Shown here: positions 15,421 through 29,469 of the stretch, piece after piece | Layout: every line of letters starts with the position of its first letter | How positions within the stretch are numbered: the first letter of the stretch is position 1 | From: the human T2T-CHM13v2.0 reference genome, Homo sapiens | Assembly (NCBI RefSeq): GCF_009914755.1 | Contig: NC_060936.1 | DNA length: 64,000 bases | Strand: one strand, 5' to 3' | Program-made: the position numbers and the translations under genes | The notes under the pieces: generated by a model | Told to the model about the DNA's origin: nothing | Database searches by the model: none | What the model saw: the letters and a program-made list of their open reading frames with translations, nothing else

Positions 15421-18325
15421 GAGCCCGTACTCGATGAGACACAGCTAAGAAGTGCCCCTTCCCCATCCCTGAACAATTCCCCCTACCCAGCCAGGATCAA
15501 TGCCTCAGCTGGGCACATCCTATGTTTTTCTAGTCTTCTACAATAGATCTCCTATAGTGTAGTGGTAGGCATGCTCAAAAGCATAGAATCTTCTTAGAAA
15601 GTAGTGGATAGCAGTGATCATCACAGCTAATGGAGAATTTGCTTCATTTTCTAAATTTGAAAACAAAAACAAACAAAAAACGGGAGTTATCAAGAGAAAC
15701 AAGAGAACCAGGGCTCAAAAGATCAGCCCCATCTTTTCACCCTTTCCCTGGGCATGAAACTTAATTTCTTTAGGGTGTAATTTTTTATCCTCCCTCCCTT
15801 GTCTTCTCCCTAATGTGAGATATTTACACACTGTCCAGGCATCCATTTTACTCCATGTTCCCTTCAAAACTCTTTTGAAGGAAAGAGTCCTTGTTAATCT
15901 TATCCCTATTTAGTTACTGAAAATCCAAATAACTGGGCTCTCTTTCCTCCAGGGAGGAAAGAGATTGTCTTTAACCTCCATGTTACATTTTGTAGTTGAT
16001 CTCAGCATCTGGGAAGTTTTAAGTTTGGAATTTTTACCAGTGAATTTAAACTAGCATTGAAAATGGTATCAAATCATCAGTAAAGTATTAAAGGTAAAAG
16101 AGGAGAATCTTACAAAACTTCACTGAGGTGAACTCCAAGAGTCTTCTCTGAAGGTGCTGGGCTGGTCTTCAATTAAGTAAAGAAATGTTTCTTATTCATG
16201 GTCAGTAAGACTCATTCACCACATGTCTACCATTCTGTTATGAGCCTCCAATAGTGTTAGTAAATGTAGGATTCCACTGAGTCTGTGGCACCAAAACCCT
16301 CTTTCTCCTAATCTTCAAGGTACTCCACCAGGACTCAAATCCTACTATGGAAATGGAATGCAAATGCATTCCATGAGAAGGACTGGGTTAAAGGCATGGC
16401 CTTCACTCACACTTAGAAGTTCCTAAGTGTAGCAGGTGAACTAGACCTATCCTCATGTGCTAGCAAACATGACGCCCAGGTGAGAAAGGCATATAATGGG
16501 GGCAGAGTACCAGAGTCCACTTCTTGAGTCTGTCCTCGAATCCTTCTCAAGAAAAATCTATGGTAGGAATCCAGTCTGCTGGAGGAAAGCAGGCCTTCCC
16601 TCAGGAATGCAAAAGATGGGAGCCCATCCCCTGCCCAGGCCTCCTGCGAAGCCAGACCCTCACTCACGGAAAGCCTGGGTGTTCTCCAGGTACACATCTG
16701 TGGGTGACTCCAGGTCCATGGTGGATTCTGGTAGGTCAGTGGTTGATTCTACAGGAGCCAAAAAGAAAAGAACAGCGCAAGTACTTTCCAGTGAGAATTT
16801 TCACTCTTAGGTAGATCTTTTTCTGGGGAAACATGGAACATAATGTGGCAGACCACATCAAACGTGGTCTCACCACAAGCCTCTCTTCTGCCACCCGCTG
16901 GAAAGTCCAGTGGACTAACTGCTGCCTGGGAGGGTGCTCAAAGCCCCCCACCCACCCTCTTTTCAAGGGTTCGGTTTAGGAAGGAGCATTCAATATTGTG
17001 CCTCTAAATGTGTATTGGTCAGACTGGAAGAAAAAGTCCAAGACTCCCCTTTATACTTCTTCCAGGTTCCTGAAAGCAAAAAACAAAAACCAAAAGGGGT
17101 TAAGGATCAAGGAAACCAGCTATTTCTAAGGAGTGGAGCAAGAATGAAATAGACGCTAAATGGGCCACTCCTATAATTTTTTCATTTAATGGACAGTGTC
17201 TAGGTCTTTATTTTCCACCCTGTCTCTCAGAATGCACAAGCCAGGCGTTCTGGGGCTTGCTAACCATATCAGCATCATAAACTTGTGGGTCTGTTGAGCA
17301 ACAACCAGGCTCCCTTTAGGCTACAGTGATGGATCACACGCAGGGGCATTGCAGCGGGTCATGGGCCCAGGAGGCCAGAATCACCTGCTCTATAATGTAG
17401 ACAGTTTGCTTTATCATAGTTTATATCAGCAAACAAGCTGATATATCAGCAAACAAGCTACACCCAGCATCTCCCACACTGAGAGCTACCAGGAGGAGAG
17501 CCAGAGGAAGAGGAGGGGAAAGTAATCTTTTCAATACAAATGAATGAGCACCTCTCCTCCTGAGAAATCGACCTGCATTCAGGAAGAGCCAGGAAAGAAT
17601 GCTTTTAGCTGAAAGTTTCATGAAGACAGCTGTTTCTTTCTTTTCTCAACATGATTTACAAGTTTCCATTTCAGACCCACTCATTTCCATTGCCTGTGAC
17701 CAAGCGAGATAATAAAGTGCTCTGAAATTTTCTGCACTTCACCATCAAATGAGGATACCTCCTGGGACTTTTTAACCTGAGAGAAATAGAATAATGCCTT
17801 TTCAGCACCCAATAGGGAGTGAGACCACAGATAAACCTCAGAAGTTCTCTAATCAGGTGCCCTAATGGCAGCAGGCCCAGCCCATTAAGTTTATGAGGTC
17901 AGTTCAAACACAACACAAATCTTATCTTAGCCACTCAATTACTCAAACCCTCCGAGCTCAGCCACCCATCCCATCTTAAGACCAAATCCATATGATTCTT
18001 ACCCAATTCAGCTTTACAACTTTCACAGCAGGCCTCTCTCTCTCTCTCTACCCAATCCCCTTCTCTCTTTCTGTATACACATGCACACAAATAATTTTAG
18101 CCCCATTCTCCAAAAGACCTCCCATGGCCCACTTACCTGGGGGGAGTGTGGGAAATGTCACAGCCAGGACCCACAAGGCTGAGAAGATCAGGGCCTTCCT
18201 GAGCATGGTGTAAGCAGGGAGGGTAGAAGGCTGGGAAGGTGAGCAGGCAGGTAGGCAGAGCAGGCAGGTGGGCAGGCCCTGGAGCTGTGGTGTGTACGGG
18301 TAAGAGCTAGAGAGCTCTGCTGGCC

Positions 18326-18332
18326 TTTTATA
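18326..18332 (-). promoter_or_regulatory. TATA box of gene A
   Basis: TATAAAAG on the minus strand about 120 nt upstream of the Kozak ATG of the signal-peptide exon. Confidence 0.75.
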
Positions 18333-19514
18333 GAACCCTCAGCCCCTTGTCCCTGAAGGAGGCATTCCCAGGTGGTTATTAAAAAAAACAATTCTTGCTC
18401 ACACAATGAGAATGTCCAAGGAACAAGGGCAAGAAAAGGGAACTGGGGGAAGGGAGAAGCAGGAAGGATGTTAGGAGGAAAACTCTGGTAAGGTCCCTTT
18501 CTAAATTAGGTTGCATTGCTCCATTACCATGAGCCCTGTTTATCTGCTTCTCTGAGGGGCAGAGGAGAAATTCTGTCTCCACCAGATATCTGAGATGACC
18601 CCTACCTCCTGGCCCAAGCTTGCAAGATTGTCATCTAGGCTGGAACCAGAAATTGTTTAACTGAGCCTCCAAAACCCTACTTTGTGTCAGAGGACAAGAC
18701 TAAGTATCCCAGTGAGAGCCTGCTGGCTACTTTGACTGTAAGGGAACACTCTAATGCAAACCATATCCTAACCCTGGGGGATCCCTGAAAGAGAATTGTA
18801 GCTGATCGTGATAACTACTACAACGTTACTACTCCTAGCAATCACATGTTATGTGATTCCACGCATGCTACCATCTTACTTGATTCTCACCACGATCCCA
18901 TGCAGTAGGCATCATTATCCCTATTTTTCTGGTGACGAACCTTGAGGCTGAGAGATTAAGTGACTCCAGATTTCCCTAAAGATAGTCACTCTCTGGGGTG
19001 TCATTAACATTAAGTGCTTTCTGGCTCTGTGGACCTGGCTTCTGCTCCAGACTTTCTCAGTCCTCCTGGGGCCAGTATCAAGCTGAGATATGTCCCTGGC
19101 TGTAGCACTTTAGGCAGGAGAAAACAGGCAAGGGCAAGGGACCAGCTCGCCTGGTCAGCCTCAGCTCTCAATTAAGTCTTTAACAAATGTGCATGAATCC
19201 CATCACAGGGTCAAACTCCCTTTAAATCTTAGTTTTCTTAGAAGGTTGCAGCAAATTCCTTCTCCTCAGTAACCACAAGATTGACAATATCATATTGAGA
19301 GAAACCTCTCAGTAATAATAATAATACCCAACATTTATTGATACCAAATACCTAATACCAAACCTATGGTAATCTTATTATTCCCCTTTTCTAGATCAGG
19401 AAACCATGTCCCAGAGAGAGAGGGTCGTTAATTTATGAGAAGTCACTCAGTAAATGTCATACAATAAGGAAATAAACCTACTGGCAGTCTGAAACTAGAC
19501 TATGCCTTCTTCTT

Positions 19515-19830
19515 TTATTTGTTTGTTTGTTTGTTTGTTTCTTTGCTTTTAGAGACAGAATCTCACTCTGTTGCCCAGGCTGCATACAGTGGCAGAATCA
19601 TAGCTCACTGCAGCCTTACACTCCTGGCCTCAAGTGATCCTCCCACTTCAGCCTCCTGAGGAGCTGGGACTACAAGTGCATGCCATTGCACCTGGCTAGT
19701 TATTTTATGTTTTGTAGAGACAAGGGTCTTGCTATGTTGCCCAGGCTGGTCTCGAACTCCTGAGCTCAGGTGATCCTCCTGCCTTGGCCTCTCAAAAGGC
19801 TAGGATTACAGGAGGGAGCCACTGAACCCA
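19515..19830 (-). mobile_element. Alu (AluJ)
   Basis: Reverse dimer with (TTTG)n tail. Confidence 0.9.
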
Positions 19831-20659
19831 GATCCCTAGAGCCTAAGCTCTCAATCACTCTATTTGTCCTTCCAACCTAGTTATCTCTCTGTTCTCCTCA
19901 CTGCTGTCTTTGACCTGTGAAACGTGGCACTGCACAGGGCTTTGCCCTAAAGGAAGGGGAAAATGGACACACACTAGAGAACATTTTGTTTTTCTGTAAA
20001 CTCAGTTTCCTTGGCAAGCCCTGTACAATTAAGTGTAACCCAAACACAATAGTCAGGAGCTTGGGAAGCAAGAAGCTGATAAAAAAAAATCTGCAGACAA
20101 TAACACAGCAAACATAGGACTCAAATGAGATAATAATGCACTAAGTTATAGGCCAGTGGAAAAAGGGAGAATTTTACCTGCACTGGCAGCAATATAAGAA
20201 TATTTTCCACCGTGGAAAAGTGCAAGAACTGACTGGCAAATGGGCGAAGTGGAGTCTCTGAGGTCCTAGAGGAGAGCTGGACTGAGGCGTTAAGGGGCAG
20301 GAGTGACCTACCTCCTCTAGAAGATTTGACTTCTTCCTGACCACCTAAAAATAGAAACACCGCTTTAGATGTCCATCCGAATGTCATAGGACCATCTCAT
20401 TGCCTCAATTTCAACCAGAGTCAGGGAAAGAATGGCTGCCTGGTGACCCCTATGTTGAAACATGGGAGCAATTTGCTCTCCCCTCATGGAGATGTGCTTC
20501 TCTTTCTCACCGGCTGAGCACCAGTAGGTAATGGACACAGTGGGTCCCAGAGGGGAACCTGGCCTTGCTGAGGTGAGAGCTAATGAAACTGTAAGGTTAC
20601 AGTTGCAGGGTTTTTATTTAAAGAAGTTGTAGTTATTAAATATATAATATATATAAATA

Positions 20660-20951
20660 ATTTTTGTGGGGAGACAGGGTTTACTCTGTCGCCCAGGCTG
20701 GGGTGCAGTGGTGTGAACTCAGCTCACTGCAAACTCCACCGCCCAGGCTCAAGCAATCCCCCAACCTCAGCCTCCCTAGTAGCTGAGACTACAGGCTCAC
20801 ACCACCATGCCTGCCTAATTTTTCTATTTTTGTTGAGACAGAGTTTTGCCATGTTGCCCAGGCTGGTCTTGAACTCCCTGGGCTCAAGCAATCCACCCAC
20901 CTTAGCCTCCCAAAGTGCTGGGATTACAGGTGTGAGCCACTGTATCTGGCC
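20660..20951 (-). mobile_element. Alu (AluJ)
   Basis: Reverse dimer. Confidence 0.9.
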
Positions 20952-21020
20952 TGCAGTTATTATGTTAGTTCTCTGTTATTATATTAGTATACTGTTTTTA
21001 CTTCCTTGGCTTTTTACACA

Positions 21021-21359
21021 TGTTGTAGGACTTTCTCCTTAGTTCAGCTAAGCCTGGTCTTGCCACATGGCCATGAAATATTAGACTCACAGACACTTTG
21101 AAGGGTGAGAAAAATGGAATTTATTGGGCAAAAAGGGAAAAAAGGGGAACGGGGACTCTCAGCAAGAGTCCTGCTAGCCAGTTTTCCCGCCTCACAGGTT
21201 GAATCCCAGGTTACCACACCCCGAAACAGGAGAGGCCAGGCTCCAACCCCCTGCAAAACAGCACCAACTTCCCAAGGCTCCACCCCTGTGCACACTCCTC
21301 CCAGTGCAAAGGCGGGCTGGAGTTTCTCCGGGGAATTCTCTACACTTGGCTGTCTCACA
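21021..21359 (-). mobile_element. ERV1 solo LTR (MER61-like)
   Basis: TG...CA termini; minus-strand start tgagacagccaagtg...gaaactccagcccg; internal AATAAA. Confidence 0.65.
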
Positions 21360-21900
21360 TTTGCTACCAAGTATAATAGAATCATTTAACCTCATGATGT
21401 GAAGGTATCTTAAATTGTGTCCAGCTCAACAGACATGCAAGATCTTTTTGTTGAATAGAAGAATGTTTTTCCCTCCTATACAGCATACCTGTCAAGTGGG
21501 CTGTCAGCCCGGTGTTGGAGAACTTGGTACATTGAGAGGAATAGTTCATCTTTGGACAACTATTCTTTCTAATAGTTGAAATATGCCTTCTTATAATTTC
21601 AAACTGTTTACCCCAATTTTATTCTTGAGGGGCCATATATATAAAATTAAGTCCTTCTTCACTCTTCAAATGTCAAAGGCAGCTATCATTTTATTTTCAA
21701 ATTTCTTCACCGTCTTAAAAAAAAAGGTACAAGTTTGCTCCTTTCTTTTTCTCTGAAGTTTCCTCAGTATCTAGCAGGGTCTGGCACATAGGAAGTGATA
21801 AACATGTTTATTGATAAATTAATAACTAGACTTCTGGTTACTAGTCTGTGATCTCATATGGTCTTCTATAAAGGAAGCACTAGAATTAAAACAAGTTATT

Positions 21901-22178
21901 GGCCAGGTGCAGTGGTTCATACCTGTAATCCTAGGCAAAAGTGGGTGGATCCCTTGAGGCCAAAAGTTCGAGACCAACATGCACAATAAAGCAAGATCCC
22001 ATCTCTACAAAAAAATTTAAAAATTAGCCAGATGCAGTGACACATGCCTGCAGTCCCAGCTACTGGGGAGGGTGAGGTGGGAGGATCCCTCAAGCTCAGG
22101 AGTTTGAGGGCACAGTGAGCTATGATCAGACACTCCAGCCTGGGCAACAGAGCAAGACCCTATCTCAAAAGAACAAAA
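21901..22178 (+). mobile_element. Alu (AluJ)
   Basis: Dimer with small deletions. Confidence 0.88.
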
Positions 22179-22189
22179 CACCTAGATAG

Positions 22190-23146
<957 letters not shown>

Positions 23147-23560
23147 TTAGTTAGGTTATATTAAATTGATCTGTAATGAATACTATGGGTAGGCCTCACA
23201 GAAAGTATGGAAGGTTTTTTTCACAGCACCAAAGAAACTCAAAAGCTTTTGCATCTACCTCCTCCAGAGTGAGATCAGATTCTGGAAAGTGGGTTGAGCT
23301 GGGGCATATCCTGCCACTGTGTCACCCACCCCCATAAGAACCAAGCTGCACAGCACCTGCCAGCGTGCCTCCAGGCATGTGATCCAGAGCAAGGTGCTTC
23401 TTTCAGTCCAAACCCCAACTATCATCCTGCCTTAGGGAATAGTTTCCAGATACCAACACTCACATTTCTCCTCCGTGGAATAGGGAGCCTAGAATGAGGC
23501 AAAAGTCCTGTGACCTGGGCCACCCACCTCTACTGCAGATTGGATATGGATAAAGGTTAG

Positions 23561-23952
<392 letters not shown>

Positions 23953-24129
23953 AGTTAGAATCAGAGTAAGTCAGAAAATATATAATACAAAGACAGGTCA
24001 AAACAAGATACTGAGAAATCTAATCATGTGCCAGTGGTACAAAAAAAGCCTTTTTTTTAAACAAATGTTTGCGAAGTCACTGTGAAATGCAATGACTGAG
24101 GCAGAAGAGGCACTGGGCAGGGAGGTTAA

Positions 24130-24345
24130 CCTCATAGATCTGGGATCCAACAGCCTGGCTGTAAATCCTGCCTCTGCCAGTAATACTTAGGTGACCTTTG
24201 GCAAGTTACTGAAGTCATGGTACTTCAGTTTTCTCATCCATACAATGGAGATAAAAATAGGTTTCACTTTGTTGGGGTTGTTGTGAGGTTAATTTACTCA
24301 TGCAAAATGCCTACAATAAGGGAAAGTCACAGTAAACATTAGCTG
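24130..24345. mobile_element. MIR SINE
   Basis: gtgacctttggcaagttact...cagttttctcatcc...aatggagataa core. Confidence 0.75.
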
Positions 24346-24719
24346 TTTTTATTACGGGCTGAAGATGAAAAAGTCTCAGGTCCCTAGTAACTTGATGATA
24401 CTGTTTTCTGGTGGGAACATGAAGAAGCATGATCCTGGAAAGTTCCATGGGAAAAATGCAACAAATGAAAATACGAGTAGGATTCACTTGAGTTCAGTAA
24501 ACATGTTTCTAGGTATAGACAGAAAGGTCCCTGGGCAAGAATAATGCGTTGGAGGAGACAAAAATGTGCATGAATAGCAGTGTTCAAGGTGTCATGTGAA
24601 CTGTAATAAATTTGGTTGCCTTATTTCTACAAAGTCTATTATAGAGCACTGGTGCCAAATAAATGATTATTCATCTGTACTGAATTCTAGGTGAGAAGAC
24701 ACTGTCAAATGCAACCTTT

Positions 24720-24950
24720 CAGCAGTGGCTAAAAGCTTGGGTTCTAGACTCAGATTGTCTGGCCATGAACCCAGGTCCTTGGGAGACCTTGAACTTGCCC
24801 AAATCACTCTGTCCAGTTTTCCTGATTTGCAAAATGCAGGTGATGATACTAATCCCTTCATAGGGTCATTGTGAGAATTAAATGAACTGATCCATGTAAA
24901 TTGGTAAATGACATATAATAAATGATCAATGATTGGCACCTTCATTATTA
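24720..24950. mobile_element. MIR SINE
   Basis: Core with gttttcctgatttgcaaaatg...cttcatagggtcattgtgagaattaaatg. Confidence 0.75.
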
Positions 24951-25814
24951 TAACTTGAGATGGACCTTAAAGAATAAAGTAAAACTATCCGAGTAATTAC
25001 CCTCATTAAAGAAAAGTATGTGACTGGAGACTACAATGAGAGGGTGACAAAAAAGAGGGCAGTGGAAGAGGAGGTTGTGGCCGTCTGAAATGACACTGGG
25101 GAGCATACCAAGGAGATCTTCAAAAGCTGAAGAGTTGAGTCATTATTCTGCTGGCAAAACAGAGTCATTGAGAATGTGAAGTCAATGGTTGGCATGGTAA
25201 AAGCCATGCTTTAGGAAGACTAGCCAAACCTGCACAAACAGAGAGCAGGTCAGTAATGGCACTGCACAGGCAAGAGCCACCATGGGTTCAGCAGCATGGT
25301 AGCCCTAGGCCTGAAAAGTATACAGATATTAAAGACATTATGAAGGTGAAATTAAAGGGACTTGGTGACTGATTAGATGTGGGGCAAAGTGCCCTCACCA
25401 TGACATATGCTCAAAAAAGTTGGCTTTCTAGGATTTTAGCTCTTTTAGGAAATGAATTCTCAGAGTTTAAACCACTATCCTAAAAATAAAAAGAAAAGAG
25501 GAAGGAGGGGAGGACAAAAAGAATTATAACTCTTCAGATTTGGCCGAAAGCCTTGCCTGGTAGTCAATGAACAAGGAAGAAAACACATTGTGGTACACCA
25601 TGAAGAGATTTCAGTGGATTTAATTGAAGTTTTAGGACCAATGTGTTCTCTTGGACTTAGCACACATCCTCATGGGCAATTCTGAGACTGATTCCCGTCT
25701 TTGTCTCTTAGATATTTTAAGCTCTAGGTTAGACTCTTTTAAACCATGGTGGAGGGACAGCAGGGGGAGCAGGATTTTGATCAGCTGATAGATAAGAAAT
25801 GCAAAAATTATAAC

Positions 25815-26870
<1,056 letters not shown>

Positions 26871-29251
26871 TTAGCAGTTATAACAAGTAATAATGACTAA
26901 ATGGCAATTACTATGTCCCAGGCACTATTGTAAATATTTTACAAATTCTGAGTACTTTACAAATATGTACTCATTTTAACCCTCACAATAATCCTAAACA
27001 GCATATAAAGTATTATAACAGCATCAATTTACTAATGAAGAAACTGAGGTGCAAGGAAATTAGGTCACTTGCCCAGTTACAGAGCAAGTAAGAGGTAGAG
27101 GCAGGAATAAATACAGGCAGCATGGCTTGGAGTAGAGCCCCATTTTTTTTCTCTATTCAGGCTTATCTCTACCCATCTTCTGGTGTTAAGAATAATGACT
27201 CTGCTAGTTTGGAATTAATCCCTTTCTTATGTCTCTGCCTCAAATATACTAAAAGTTTTAAGGGCAGGGGCCAAAGCCATACAACTTCATGACATTATGT
27301 TATCCAACCAGATGCCTTGGCCATAATCATTGAACCAAATTAACTCACATGTTTTAAAAACAGACATTGAAGCTTAACAGAATTGCATCAAAGTAAGATT
27401 TGAACCAGGAGTTTCATCCATTCTCCTAATGACCCATTTCTAAACAACTGCTTCTTCCTTATCACTGAATTGGGATAGGGACCATGGTGAGAGGTAGAAG
27501 ATGGTGAATCAAAGAAACTTCAGTTTTTCTTATCGCATTTTGAGTCACATAAGGAAATGTCAGAAAAGAGTTTATGTATCTTTTGCTGACCTCTCCAAAA
27601 GGTTTAATAGAAATGCACTATGGAATTTTATCCACCACTATTTTCCTTACAAATGAGCCTCTTCTTTAACCACTCCAACACTCACCTTGGTGAAGCTGAA
27701 TGCAGGTTTAAGGATGGAAAAAGGAAGCTAGGGAAGAGCTCATTATTAGATCTGATAACCCCCCAGGACAATCCTACACAAAAACATCACAAAATCTTTT
27801 GTATACAAAATCTATTTTCTCTCTCGATCACTAGAATTTCCTCCAAGCAGTATTGTCTTCTACCCTCTCTTAAAACTAGTGTAGTAAGAGACTCTTTCTT
27901 AAGAACGTATCATTGGTTTCTTAGGAAGAGTCTGAAATGGTGGCTCTTCTGAGTAGTGTTACAGTCCCCCTAAGTGGCTTGTCCCCTACTCATTCCAAGA
28001 AAATCACTGCCATTACCATCACCGAAACAATTCTGTTAAACCAATATTTAATTGAGCGAATATTAAGTGAGACAAAACGTACTGAGGATACAGAGTTGAA
28101 TGGACCCTGCCTCCAAGAATCACACAATCTATTTGGGGGGAGTGGAAAGGTTAGACAACATAATCTGTGAGGAAATCAAATGTTAGCATCAGCTCTAACA
28201 TTTGAGCAGACTTGCTGGTTACCCCCAGGGGTTGCCAGACACTAGCAACATGAAGACAAGTTAGTTACTGCCTCTAACGCCAAATGTATTGCTGGCTTAC
28301 AGAAGTTCAGGGGAACTTTCATAAAGAATGTGGTATTTCAATTGGCCCTTAAAAATGGGTAAGATTTCATCAGGGTAAAACAGGCAGGGTTATCAGGAAG
28401 AAGGAACAGTCATGTAAATACACATAGAGGTAGAGATAGGAGAGTGGAGAACACATCCAGGAATGGCAATTAGTCTAATATGTCTTAAGAGGATATTGCA
28501 GAGATGATGGAAAGTTGAGGCCATATTATGAAAAGCCGACTTGGAAATAGAAGGCCGAAGAGAATTGCCTCATTGATACATAATAGCCTATTGGTGAAGA
28601 TTTTTTAGCAGATTGAGCCAAATCAAATTATATTGTAGGAAGACAGATAGTGAACAAGAATTTAAAGCAGAGAAGAGGGGCATCACAATAGCACAGGCAA
28701 GGCACTGAGTAGCAAGATTACAGTAATGAAAGCAAGCACTATGATCAGCAATTTATATTTAATGTATGATACGGAGAGTCAGGGTCCAGGGAAAAGAAAA
28801 GATAACTCCACCTTGTGAAGCCTGAATTATTCCAGTGATGTATTGCAGTGAAGCAAAGCAGGAGTCAGTTTCTGAGTGGTATTGTGAGGAACAGGATGTT
28901 GGTGAGGAGATTTGCAGAAGGGGTAGGCAAGATGAGTTTGGCTACTGGCAATTAAGTTACCTTAAGAGAACCTTGTTGGAAATACCCCACAGGTGGCAAA
29001 AAAAAAAGAAGATGAAACTGAGATCCAGGGAATTTTGATTAACAATCATGGTTTTGCTTTATGCATAGAGATGTATGAGCCATTTGCTTAAAACTGCTGT
29101 CACCAAAATGGTGCACGTGATTCCAAGGGAAATGTAGAAAGACAGGAGGTGCAGGCCTTACCTGAACCAGACAAAATTCCAGTCTAGTGAAATTCTTATG
29201 GGTATAGAGGAAAAGTCAGCAAAGGAAACAAGTTAGAGAAAGAAGAAAGTC

Positions 29252-29372
29252 AAGCCAGGCTCCTTGACACCCGCCTATAATCCCAGCTACTTGGGAGGCC
29301 ACGACAGGAGGATAACTAGAGCCCAGGAGTTCAAGTCCAGCCTGAGCAACATAGTGAGACCCCATCTCTAAA
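29252..29372 (+). mobile_element. Alu monomer (FLAM-like)
   Basis: Single arm ending gagaccccatctctaaa. Confidence 0.8.
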
Positions 29373-29469
29373 CACATATATATTTAATATATGTTTCATT
29401 ACCTATTTAGACTTCTGTTTTCTCTCACTAAAGTAAGCAATTTTTAGGAAGGAACCAAGAGTCGTTCTT

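Larger units (their letters stand above)
15395..18332 (-). pseudogene. Gene A: multi-exon pseudogene (probably unitary) for a small secreted precursor protein
   Basis: TATAAAA 18332-18326; acaccATG 18206-18204. AG/GT-bounded exons: 18206-18137 (MLRKALIFSALWVLAVTFPTLPP, gtaagt), 17776-17759 (G*KVPG), 17572-17552 (GRFLRRR, weak donor gtgctc), 17485-17385 (81 nt plus a 20-nt duplication), 17069-17049 (GTWKKYK, donor gggagt), 16897-16874 (AGGRREAC, gtgaga), 16748-16668 (ESTTDLPESTMDLESPTDVYLENTQAF, gtgagt), 16459-16411 (PHEDRSSSPATLRNF*), 16166-16114, 16008-15987, and a terminal exon from 15650 with AATAAA at 15420-15415. Exons 2-7 are phase 1-1 multiples of 3. Confidence 0.85.

Noticed and set aside
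16114-16166. Resemblance of QPSTFRED to GlyCAM1 EPSIFREE
   Set aside because: Too short; the signal peptide and exon structure do not match
17265-17290. Possible extra gene A exon (DPQVYDADM, 26 nt)
   Set aside because: Weak donor and it breaks phase; left out of the model pending orthologs
18920-19107. Candidate terminal exon of gene B
   Set aside because: The acceptor is plausible, but the frame runs into a MIR and no poly(A) signal was found
21489-21522. Exon-like segment with a CAG|gtatgc donor
   Set aside because: Lies in ancient repeat-like sequence and does not fit the phase chain
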